This document shows, piece by piece, positions 1 to 6,958 of a stretch of 38,720 bases of DNA. The number at the start of each line of letters is the position of its first letter. Position 1 is the first letter of the stretch. A program made the position numbers and the translations under genes. Source of the DNA: a virus (taxonomy: Duplodnaviria > Heunggongvirae > Uroviricota > Caudoviricetes); IMG/VR virus record IMGVR_UViG_3300010396_000041. One strand, written 5' to 3'. The notes beneath the pieces are model-generated. The model worked only from the letters and a program-made list of their open reading frames with translations. It was not told where the DNA came from and did not search any database.

Positions 1-2
1 TC

Positions 3-224
3 GCCGAGGAGATCGCCGAGCTGCACCGCTCCTGCCAGCAGGAGATCATCGGTCCCTCAGTTACCCGGGCGATCGGGTACTGTCCGGTGGTACTCGATGA
101 CCAGGCTCCGTGCGGAGCTCGGCTGTACGCGAACCCGTATGCCCTCACGATCCGCTGCCGCTACTGCGGCACGGCGTGGGAGGGCTCGGCGTGGCTGGCG
201 CTGGCGGGGCAGATGCGTGGCTAA
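3..224 (+). CDS. 5'-truncated phage protein with C-terminal zinc ribbon
   Basis: Frame 3 is open from the window edge to TAA 222-224: ...GYCPVVLDDQAPCGARLYANPYALTIRCRYCGTAWEGSAWLALAGQMRG (two Cys pairs). Not in the ORF track because its start lies outside the window. Confidence 0.7.
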   Translation, partial: AEEIAELHRSCQQEIIGPSVTRAIGYCPVVLDDQAPCGARLYANPYALTIRCRYCGTAWEGSAWLALAGQMRG

Positions 225-579
225 CTTCCGGATGATGGTGCCCCCTGGGCTGGAGCTGCTGTCGTCGAATCAGCGGTTGCACTGGGCGACGAAGGCGCGG
301 CGGGTGAAGGCTCTGCGACAGTGGGCGGGGTTCGAGGCCAAGCGGCTGGAGATGCCGAAGGTTGAGCGCATGGTCGTCTCGGTGTGGGTGCACCCGGGGG
401 CGCGTACGCGCAGGCTTGATCCGCCGAACTACGCCGATACGGTGAAGGCTCTGATCGACGGGGTCGTGGACGCGGGAGTGCTGGCAGATGACTCGGGTAA
501 GCACGTGATCGCGGTCACGTACAAGGAGGGTCAGCGCTGGCCCCGTACGACGGTGGAAGTGCTGTTCAGAGCGTTGTGA
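217..579 (+). CDS. rusA: RusA-like Holliday junction resolvase
   Basis: RLDPPNYADTVKALIDGVVDAGVLADDS matches the RusA D-x-x-N...K...D...DD pattern. GTG 217 overlaps the upstream stop, so it is preferred over ATG 97. Confidence 0.75.
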   Translation: MANFRMMVPPGLELLSSNQRLHWATKARRVKALRQWAGFEAKRLEMPKVERMVVSVWVHPGARTRRLDPPNYADTVKALIDGVVDAGVLADDSGKHVIAVTYKEGQRWPRTTVEVLFRAL

Positions 580-603
580 GGCTTGAGGCGCCCAGGCAGA
601 TCA

Positions 604-616
604 TGCTACGCTACTC
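604..616 (+). promoter_or_regulatory. Conserved promoter-like motif, copy 1 (TGCTACGCTACTC)
   Basis: TG-n-TACGCT extended -10 shape. TTGAGG at 583-588 lies 18 nt upstream; next start at 657. Confidence 0.7.
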
Positions 617-656
617 GAAGAGGTGGTCAGAGAGATCACCCCAGAGAGGAGACCCC

Positions 657-1238
657 ATGCTGCCCCAGATCGAGGCCTACCACACGGCCTACGGAGAGAT
701 CAACGTCGAGTACCGTAAGGCTCTCGGAGAGATCGGCGAGCGCCAGCAGCGCGGCGAGATCACCGTCGAGGTCCGCCGGACGCTGATGACCCAGGCCGAG
801 CGCATCGCCGAGGTCAAGCGCGAAACCGCGTGGGACCTGCTCAAGTACGACGCCGACCCGATGGTTCAGTGGATCGTGCGCAACGTCGGAGACGACTACC
901 GCGACCACGCCATCACCGTCCTCAACGCGCTGCCGCTCGACCTCGAAGGCCTGCGGCAGCTGCGCGAGGAGCAGGGATGGTGCGACCGGTACGACAAGTA
1001 CCTGGAGCGCGCCATCGAAGCCGGAGTCGTGCAGGCCGCAGGCGCCATGCGTCAGCGGATGCAGCTCGACGCGTGGCTGCGCCGCCAGTTCAGCCCGTAC
1101 AGCAGCCAGACCGACGAGTTCAAGCGCCTGGTGGACCAGCTCATCGTCGCCGAGGTCAGCACTGCTCGCGACCAGTGGGAGGTCGAGCAGGCGACCGACG
1201 CAGAGAACGCCACCGCCAAGCCCGACAGCGAGCAGTGA
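657..1238 (+). CDS. Hypothetical helical protein
   Basis: GAGAGGA RBS before ATG 657; high-GC codon bias. The ORF-track start at 576 runs through the promoter motif. Confidence 0.75.
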   Translation: MLPQIEAYHTAYGEINVEYRKALGEIGERQQRGEITVEVRRTLMTQAERIAEVKRETAWDLLKYDADPMVQWIVRNVGDDYRDHAITVLNALPLDLEGLRQLREEQGWCDRYDKYLERAIEAGVVQAAGAMRQRMQLDAWLRRQFSPYSSQTDEFKRLVDQLIVAEVSTARDQWEVEQATDAENATAKPDSEQ

Positions 1239-1444
1239 CCGGCAAGGACCGGATGACCCTGACCATGCGGCCCGACGCGCTCGCAGCGCTCGGCCGCCTG
1301 GTCGAGGCCAACCCCGGATACAGCGCGACCGACCTGGTCAACAAGGCCGTACGCCTGCTCGACCTGGTCGAGAGCTCCACCCGGGAAGGTGCCACCCTCA
1401 CGCTCGTCAAGAACGGCGAGCAGAGCAGGGTAGTGCTTCTCTAG
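1235..1444 (+). CDS. Ribbon-helix-helix (CopG-like) DNA-binding protein
   Basis: GTGA overlap with the upstream gene. RMTLTMRPDALAALGRLVEANPGYSATDLVNKAVRLL has the strand-helix-helix pattern. Confidence 0.6.
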   Translation: MTGKDRMTLTMRPDALAALGRLVEANPGYSATDLVNKAVRLLDLVESSTREGATLTLVKNGEQSRVVLL

Positions 1445-1480
1445 CATGATCCTGGGCCTCGCCGAGAGGCGACGCCCGCT

Positions 1481-1553
1481 GGCCCTGTAGCTCAGCGGAT
1501 AGAGCACCGCACTACGGATGCGGGTGTCGGAGGTTCGACTCCTCTCAGGGCCG
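1481..1553 (+). tRNA. tRNA-Arg(ACG)
   Basis: Acceptor GGCCCTG/CAGGGCC, D-arm GCTC/GAGC, anticodon arm CCGCA-CTACGGA-TGCGG, T-arm GGAGG-TTCGACT-CCTCT; CCA not encoded. Confidence 0.93.
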
Positions 1554-1670
1554 CTAGGGAACCTGCCAGCAGCGCTTGGTCACTGGGCGCTGACGGTTCG
1601 GTGGCGCTTTACTCCGATCGGCGCCTGGCGCGCGGCCCGCTACCCCAAAGGTTCCCACGGCCGCAAGAAC

Positions 1671-1746
1671 GTCCTCGTAGCCCAATGGAAGAGGCACAGC
1701 GTTGAGGTCGCTGCCAGTGGGGGTTCGACTCCCCCCGAGGACACCA
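1671..1746 (+). tRNA. tRNA-Leu(GAG) with short variable loop
   Basis: Acceptor GTCCTCG/CGAGGAC, A73, encoded CCA, anticodon arm CAGCG-TTGAGGT-CGCTG, variable loop CCAGT, T-arm GGGGG-TTCGACT-CCCCC. Confidence 0.88.
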
Positions 1747-1845
1747 CTCCGAGCGAACGTCCGCACACGTTCGCCCGGAGGCGGCAGCCGCTAGAGAGGG
1801 TCGCGGCTGGGCTGGGTGCGACGTCCACCCCCGCAAAGGCGTCAC

Positions 1846-1919
1846 GCGTCTGTAGCTCAGCCGGTTAGAGCAGGGGACTTTTAATCCTCGGGTCGCGGGT
1901 TCGAATCCCGCCGGACGCA
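1846..1919 (+). tRNA. tRNA-Lys(TTT)
   Basis: Acceptor GCGTCTG/CGGACGC, anticodon arm GGGGA-CTTTTAA-TCCTC, T-arm GCGGG-TTCGAAT-CCCGC; CCA not encoded. Confidence 0.93.
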
Positions 1920-1943
1920 CTGCCCCACTAGAAAGGCACCACG

Positions 1944-2150
1944 ATGGACGAGTTGGCTCCGACGCCGATTCCGCTGAAGGCGAAGTACACCTGTTCGAAG
2001 ACGCGCGGCAGCCACAAGGGCGGAGAGCGCCCCGGCGGTAAGAAGCGCAAGCACACCAAGAACGGCAAGAAGAGCTACGTGTACGGCAGCCGCGTGATGT
2101 ACGTCGGCCCGACCGGCAAGATCAGCATGGGTGCCCCCCGCCCCGAATAA
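1944..2150 (+). CDS. Small Lys/Gly-rich basic protein
   Basis: GAAAGG RBS; 68 aa; all 11 Lys codons are AAG. Confidence 0.6.
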   Translation: MDELAPTPIPLKAKYTCSKTRGSHKGGERPGGKKRKHTKNGKKSYVYGSRVMYVGPTGKISMGAPRPE

Positions 2151-2192
2151 CCCACCATCCACCTACCACGACCCAGAGCCCAGGGAGCAACA

Positions 2193-2639
2193 GTGGAACA
2201 GTCCAAGGTCATGGAGGCGGCCAAAGAGGTCGCCGACAAGCTCGACACCGCGCAGGAGATGCTGCGCAACGGCCAGCACAAGCTGTGCCTGGCGTTCATG
2301 GAGACGATCGTCGAGCAGGGAGCGGTGTACTGGTTCGCCGCGTGCATGCTGCTGAGTCAGGGCATCGTCATGGACACCCCGGAGCACTGCTGCGACCGGC
2401 ACTCCGGTGACCGCCGGTTCGACGCCGACGTGATCGACGCGCAGACGATGCGCCCCACCCGTGACCCGCTTTACGCGTTCTCCAACGAGATCCTGCTGGC
2501 GTTCTCCAAGAACGACTGGCCCGGGTTCGTCGACCGGTTGGAGCACGTGGTGAAGTCCGGGCGCAGGCTCAACTTCGTATGCCTGCTCCTGTCGCGCCTG
2601 ACTCAGCTCCAGGATCAGAAGGCTGCGGGCGCGCTGTGA
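2193..2639 (+). CDS. Hypothetical protein (possible paralog of the next gene)
   Basis: GGGAG RBS before GTG; 148 aa; coupled to the next gene by a GTGA overlap. Confidence 0.75.
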   Translation: MEQSKVMEAAKEVADKLDTAQEMLRNGQHKLCLAFMETIVEQGAVYWFAACMLLSQGIVMDTPEHCCDRHSGDRRFDADVIDAQTMRPTRDPLYAFSNEILLAFSKNDWPGFVDRLEHVVKSGRRLNFVCLLLSRLTQLQDQKAAGAL

Positions 2640-3100
2640 CCCAGGTGCCGCCGATGCCGGAATGGCTTCCGCAGCTGGCTACGACGCTGGCGCGGGCGAT
2701 GACCCTCTATCGCCTCGGCGACATGCAGGCGGCAGCGGAACGGATTGTCGAGATGATCGACGGCGATCCGGCGAAGGAGTACACGGCGGTGTGCCTGCTC
2801 GGGCGGATGGTCGCGGCGAAGTCGCCGTGCCCGGGGGACCATGAAGGACCGTGCCAGTACCAGGTGTTTGTGTTCGATGGTGAGAGCGGTAAGCGCAAGC
2901 AGTGGGACGACGTTGCACGCGGCGACCTGTTTGCACTCGGGTTCATCATGGCGATGCTGCACCTGGACTCGGCGCGGGCGAAGGAACTGTATATCGAAGC
3001 GATCGAGGACGGAAGTTTCGCCGAGGGGTTCATGAGTCTGTTGGCCCGGGCGGCGGAGACGGTACAGAGCTCTAGTAAACAGACAATCACTTGGCATTAG
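2636..3100 (+). CDS. Hypothetical protein (possible paralog of the previous gene)
   Basis: GTG 2636 overlaps the upstream TGA; 154 aa. Confidence 0.75.
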   Translation: MTQVPPMPEWLPQLATTLARAMTLYRLGDMQAAAERIVEMIDGDPAKEYTAVCLLGRMVAAKSPCPGDHEGPCQYQVFVFDGESGKRKQWDDVARGDLFALGFIMAMLHLDSARAKELYIEAIEDGSFAEGFMSLLARAAETVQSSSKQTITWH

Positions 3101-3109
3101 GAGCCTGAA

Positions 3110-3535
3110 ATGTTGCAGACCGAGTACGTGAGTGCGAAGCCCAGTCCTTCCTACCCTGGCCGTTGGCACGGGGTAGGGGCGCACGTGATCAAGTTCGCTG
3201 GTTCGATCGAAGACGCACAGCTTGAGATCGAGATGCAGAGCCCGATGCGTACGTTCGACGCGCTATTCCAGCACCACCGTGCTCGGCTGCGGCACATCAG
3301 GCAGCAGGCGCAGAAGATCGTCGCGGCCAGACTGCGGTACCTGCAACGGCAGGCGGCGGCGACTGTGCGGGCGATGTTCATCGCCGATCGGGAGCAGCGG
3401 ACTTGGCCGGGTAGCGACGCGGCCGAGCTGGTGAAGTCACTCGGCGTGACGACGATCCTGGCTCGGGCGAAGGCTTACGCGGACGCGGTTGCCCCGCGTC
3501 CGGCGTGGTGGAAGACCACGAACGCATTGTGTTGA
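3110..3535 (+). CDS. Hypothetical protein
   Basis: AGGAG RBS; 141-aa ORF fills the gap between neighbours. Confidence 0.65.
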   Translation: MLQTEYVSAKPSPSYPGRWHGVGAHVIKFAGSIEDAQLEIEMQSPMRTFDALFQHHRARLRHIRQQAQKIVAARLRYLQRQAAATVRAMFIADREQRTWPGSDAAELVKSLGVTTILARAKAYADAVAPRPAWWKTTNALC

Positions 3536-3560
3536 TAACGACATAGGAAGATAAGGAACA

Positions 3561-3794
3561 GTGACCTTCATTGTCACGCTGCTGGCCCTGGCAGCGATTG
3601 GTGCGGCAACCGTCATCACTCTCCCGACCATGCTCATCTGTTATCTGGTGGGCAAGGTCTGGAGGCGGTGGCGGTCGGCAAAGAAGGTGGCGCGCGAGTT
3701 GTTCGCGCTGGAGACCGGGACCTGTGATGGTCTTCCGGCCGAGCAGATTCAGCGGCTGGTCGAGGAGTCATGGGACCCCTCTCTGCATTGCTGA
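3561..3794 (+). CDS. Small membrane protein
   Basis: AAGGA RBS; long N-terminal hydrophobic stretch followed by a basic patch. Confidence 0.65.
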   Translation: MTFIVTLLALAAIGAATVITLPTMLICYLVGKVWRRWRSAKKVARELFALETGTCDGLPAEQIQRLVEESWDPSLHC

Positions 3795-3820
3795 GACTCT
3801 TTCGTACAGCCCTGAGTAAA

Positions 3821-3833
3821 TGCTACGCTACTC
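3821..3833 (+). promoter_or_regulatory. Conserved promoter-like motif, copy 2 (TGCTACGCTACTC)
   Basis: Exact intergenic copy, 50 nt before ATG 3871. Confidence 0.7.
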
Positions 3834-3870
3834 ACAGGCGGGAATCCCCCCGCCAACGGGAAGGAGCACC

Positions 3871-4167
3871 ATGGTTACGCAGGTCAGCAGCAACACCGCC
3901 CATCGCGTCGAACGCGCCGTCCGCGCGGCCTACACCGACGAGCTGCGCAAGGGCCGCAGCCCGCAGATCATCCCGAACTACATCACCGCCCCCGGAAAGC
4001 CGTGCTGGGCCATCACCTGGCACGACGGCCCCGAGGACTGGCCCGCCGACTTCATCAACAACCTGCCCGTCGACCAGATCCCCGACGACGTGTTCCTGGA
4101 AGCCCACGCGGGCGGGGTCCTCGCGGTCTTCCCGTTCTCCGAATACAACGCTGGCGAACAGGAGTGA
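3871..4167 (+). CDS. Hypothetical protein
   Basis: AAGGAG RBS before ATG 3871; 98 aa. Confidence 0.75.
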   Translation: MVTQVSSNTAHRVERAVRAAYTDELRKGRSPQIIPNYITAPGKPCWAITWHDGPEDWPADFINNLPVDQIPDDVFLEAHAGGVLAVFPFSEYNAGEQE

Positions 4168-4172
4168 CCCCC

Positions 4173-4391
4173 ATGCTCGGCAACCACGAAAACCACCGTG
4201 GTACCGATAACCCGCGCTTCCTCGTCACCACGCACCACGTTGCCGACGGCGTCATCTGCCATCACACCGGAGCCACCCTCGAAGAGGTTATGGCCTTCGC
4301 CGCAGAGCACGCCGAAGCGCCCGATGAACTGTACTTCTACGCCATGGAGCCCTACCGACTCGACGGCGTGCACTGGCAGCTCATCAGATGA
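4173..4391 (+). CDS. Hypothetical protein
   Basis: AGGAG RBS before ATG 4173; ATGA overlap with the next gene. Confidence 0.65.
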   Translation: MLGNHENHRGTDNPRFLVTTHHVADGVICHHTGATLEEVMAFAAEHAEAPDELYFYAMEPYRLDGVHWQLIR

Positions 4392-4684
4392 TCGACAGCA
4401 TCTGCACCTGGTTCGGCGGCGGACTGTTTGGAGCAGGACTGCTGTGTCTCCTGCTCCAACGCGACCAGCTTGGATACGCCTGCTACGCGCTCGGCGGATT
4501 CATCTTCTACATCGCCGCCGCACTGCGTCACAGCATGTTCGGGCAGCTCTGGGAAGGGGCGTACACCTCGTTCTGGGTCTGGATGTGGTGGAAGGGCGGC
4601 GGCGGTGACGACACCAAACGCCGCCTGAAGAAATGGGCCCGCAAGTTCACCCCCGTACGGCGCACCGCGCCGCAGCTCACCTGA
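4388..4684 (+). CDS. Small multi-pass membrane protein
   Basis: Two or three hydrophobic segments and a basic C-terminus. Confidence 0.7.
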   Translation: MIDSICTWFGGGLFGAGLLCLLLQRDQLGYACYALGGFIFYIAAALRHSMFGQLWEGAYTSFWVWMWWKGGGGDDTKRRLKKWARKFTPVRRTAPQLT

Positions 4685-4701
4685 AAGGAGAACACGAAGT
4701 A

Positions 4702-5073
4702 GTGAGTAAGTTCCGCCGCACCCGGAGAGTGCTCGCCGGACTCAACGCCTCGGCGAGCCTCTTCGTCGTGTGGGCTCTGGCCAGCGCCACCGCGTTCGGC
4801 CTGGGCGCGCTCATCTCCCGACTCGGAGGCTCAGAGAGCGGCGCTGCCGCGCTCGCAGGCCCGCCCCTTGCCCTCGCCTTCGCTCTCGCGCTCCGAGCGC
4901 TCCTGAGGCGGTCTCTGCGCGGCTATGAAGCGCGCGCGGCCGAAGAGGCAGCGCGCCGCGAAGGTGAGGAGCTGCTGCGTGATCCCGAGTTCCTGGAATC
5001 GCTCAACCAGATGGCTCGCGGCGAAGGCACCATCGTCCGCACCCGTGACGAGAAAGAGAACCCCGATGGATGA
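4702..5073 (+). CDS. Membrane protein with charged C-terminal helix
   Basis: AAAGGAG RBS, GTG 4702; two hydrophobic helices, then EELLRDPEFLESLNQMARGEG. Confidence 0.65.
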   Translation: MSKFRRTRRVLAGLNASASLFVVWALASATAFGLGALISRLGGSESGAAALAGPPLALAFALALRALLRRSLRGYEARAAEEAARREGEELLRDPEFLESLNQMARGEGTIVRTRDEKENPDG

Positions 5074-5551
5074 CACGCAGCGCAACGCCTTCCTGGAGCA
5101 CATCCACCAGAAGATCGACGAGTACGGAGTAACGATCATCGCGGTCGGCGCCGACCCGGAGACCGGCGATACCCAATTCGCCTACACCATCGGCCTGGCC
5201 GAGAAGCACGGCTGCGAGCTGGCGATGAACGGCGCCCCCTTCGAGGACATGCACTACATCCTCAACCAGGTGGCCAAACGCATCAACGACGGCGTGCTCG
5301 AACCCCGCGACGGACTGATGGTCGAAGGGGTCCTCGAAGGCGGCTACGTAGTACGTCTCAAGCAGGCCGACCCGACTCGCGCTGCCTGCTTCCCATGGAT
5401 CAGGATCGCGCTCGGCCTGGCGGAGTTCCCGGCGGTCTGGCAGGTTCAGTACCCGGCGCACGGCGGGCAGTTCCCGGGCCAGGACGGCTACGACATCGAT
5501 CCTCAGGTACAGCTCGACTACACCATCAGCCTTCTCAACCAAGGAGCATGA
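5066..5551 (+). CDS. DUF4262-like protein
   Basis: FAYTIGL...ELAMNG...ILN and VWQVQYP...GQFPG motifs, recognised as the DUF4262 pattern. Confidence 0.7.
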   Translation: MDDTQRNAFLEHIHQKIDEYGVTIIAVGADPETGDTQFAYTIGLAEKHGCELAMNGAPFEDMHYILNQVAKRINDGVLEPRDGLMVEGVLEGGYVVRLKQADPTRAACFPWIRIALGLAEFPAVWQVQYPAHGGQFPGQDGYDIDPQVQLDYTISLLNQGA

Positions 5552-5553
5552 CC

Positions 5554-5796
5554 ATGCGCGTTCACCTGATCGTCGAATGGCTCGACGGCACCATCCTCGA
5601 CGACGACACCCTGCACGAGGTCGATGATGTCGACATCCTGGACACGGCGGCGGAGCTCGGCTGCATCATCTTGTCCGATGAGGAGGACGCGGACGAGGAA
5701 TCGCCGTTCACCCTGATCAACGTCGCCGCCACGCGTCTGATCAAGATCACCCCCATTGGGGAGCCTGAGGATGCCAAGCCTGCGGACATTCTCTGA
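5554..5796 (+). CDS. Small acidic hypothetical protein
   Basis: AAGGAG RBS 7 nt before ATG 5554 (ATG 5548 is an alternative). Confidence 0.7.
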   Translation: MRVHLIVEWLDGTILDDDTLHEVDDVDILDTAAELGCIILSDEEDADEESPFTLINVAATRLIKITPIGEPEDAKPADIL

Positions 5797-5962
5797 CCTG
5801 ATTCACCGGCGCGGGTATTGGCGGCGCTGTCTCCACCGCTCTCATAAATGGGGCCTGCGCTGCCAGCGGGGCCTTGTGTATGACGGGTATTGCTTCAAGC
5901 ACAACCGCAGTTGTTTTGGCCACTACGGGCCGGGGCATACGCCGATGGAAATTAACTCTTGA
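5771..5962 (+). CDS. Small Cys/His (zinc-finger-like) protein
   Basis: CLHRSHKWGLRCQRGLVYDGYCFKH gives C-x10-C-x9-C-x2-H, reminiscent of DUF5763-type fingers; start uncertain. Confidence 0.45.
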   Translation: MPSLRTFSDLIHRRGYWRRCLHRSHKWGLRCQRGLVYDGYCFKHNRSCFGHYGPGHTPMEINS

Positions 5963-5980
5963 CGTGCTATCGGATTCACA

Positions 5981-5993
5981 TGCTACGCTACTC
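5981..5993 (+). promoter_or_regulatory. Conserved promoter-like motif, copy 3, with TTGACG -35-like hexamer
   Basis: Exact motif. TTGACG at 5959-5964 lies 19 nt before TACGCT; upstream of the vWA gene. Confidence 0.72.
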
Positions 5994-6053
5994 ACGTAGC
6001 CGGGAAAGACCCCCGGAAAAGCCAAAACAAATGTCCCCTATGAAAGGACAAAC

Positions 6054-6740
6054 ATGACCAACGAGCCGAGCATCGAAGACCTCCGCAACAACCTCGTTCC
6101 GCTCACGCGGGCGGAGGTCGAGCCGATGCTGCTGCTCGACACCTCCGGCTCGATGTCCTGGCCCGCCTCCGACGGCGGGAAGGTCTCGCGCATCGACCTG
6201 GTCGGCGAAGCCCTGAAGCCCGTCGTCGCCAAGGTCGAGGGCAAGGACTCGCAGGCCGACGCCGAGCGCGCCGCCGGTGCCGACGAGGCCGAGGTCGGCG
6301 GTCTGATGACCGTCGGGTTCGCCTCCTTCGCCACCGACTACGAGGACCTCAACTCCGCCAACTTCACCCAGAAGTGGAAGGAGATCAAGGACAACCTCGG
6401 CGGCGGCACCGAGATCTGCGGCGGCTGGAACCGGCTGATGGACATCTACGTCGAGGAGTTCGGCGACCGGCCCAAGCAGGACCGGCCCCACCTGCTCGCC
6501 CTGATCATCACCGACGGCGAGGCCCAGGATGGCGCCGAGTTCGCCAAGGTGCTCGCCCAGCAGACCGGGCACACCTACGTCCTGGTCGCGGTCGTCGGCC
6601 ACGGCGAGGCGCACGACGCGACCCTCACCCAGTACCGGGCGATCGAGGCCGAGCACCCGCAGAACGTGCGCGTGCTCACCTTCGACTCCGTGACCGACCC
6701 GAACACCATCAGCTCCTCCCTGCTGGCCCTGCTCGGCTAG
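6054..6740 (+). CDS. von Willebrand factor A (vWA) domain protein
   Basis: MIDAS DTSGS (6138-6152), GGGT loop and LIITDGEAQD; GAAAGGA RBS. Confidence 0.88.
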   Translation: MTNEPSIEDLRNNLVPLTRAEVEPMLLLDTSGSMSWPASDGGKVSRIDLVGEALKPVVAKVEGKDSQADAERAAGADEAEVGGLMTVGFASFATDYEDLNSANFTQKWKEIKDNLGGGTEICGGWNRLMDIYVEEFGDRPKQDRPHLLALIITDGEAQDGAEFAKVLAQQTGHTYVLVAVVGHGEAHDATLTQYRAIEAEHPQNVRVLTFDSVTDPNTISSSLLALLG

Positions 6741-6745
6741 CACCA

Positions 6746-6775
6746 GCCTGGCGGGCTGTCACAGGCCCGCCAGGC
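6746..6775 (+). terminator. 11-bp hairpin after the vWA gene
   Basis: GCCTGGCGGGC-8 nt-GCCCGCCAGGC; no U-tract. Confidence 0.5.
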
Positions 6776-6890
6776 GCGAAGGTCGCGGCAGGCGACCGCG
6801 CTACCGGCTCTCCCCCCTGGCCGGGACACGAAAGGCACCCCGCGCAGCTGTCAGCCACCGGTCTCGGTGGGCGCGGCGGACAACCTGCAA

Positions 6891-6924
6891 GGGGGCCGCT
6901 TGTACCTCCCTACAAGCGGCCCCC
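6891..6924 (+). terminator. 14-bp perfect hairpin just upstream of the AAA gene
   Basis: GGGGGCCGCTTGTA-CCTCCC-TACAAGCGGCCCCC. Confidence 0.5.
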
Positions 6925-6958
6925 GACTAGAACCCCTACTCGAAAGAAGAGCAGAGCG

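Noticed and set aside
6781-6890. Known riboswitch or ribozyme (SAM-IV, c-di-AMP, cobalamin, hammerhead, HDV/theta)
   Set aside because: I could not find the conserved core nucleotides of these classes by eye; kept only as an unclassified structured region.
6933-6942. CCCCTACTCG repeated at 6933, 18515 and (reverse) 19546, sharing CTACTC with the promoter motif
   Set aside because: Lacks the TGCTAC half, one copy is inside a coding region, and three 10-mers could be chance.
6374-6958. 195-aa N-terminal extension of the AAA ORF (possible vWA-AAA fusion)
   Set aside because: Different frame from the vWA gene, Arg/Pro-rich, and runs through the hairpin spacer; no slippery site seen.
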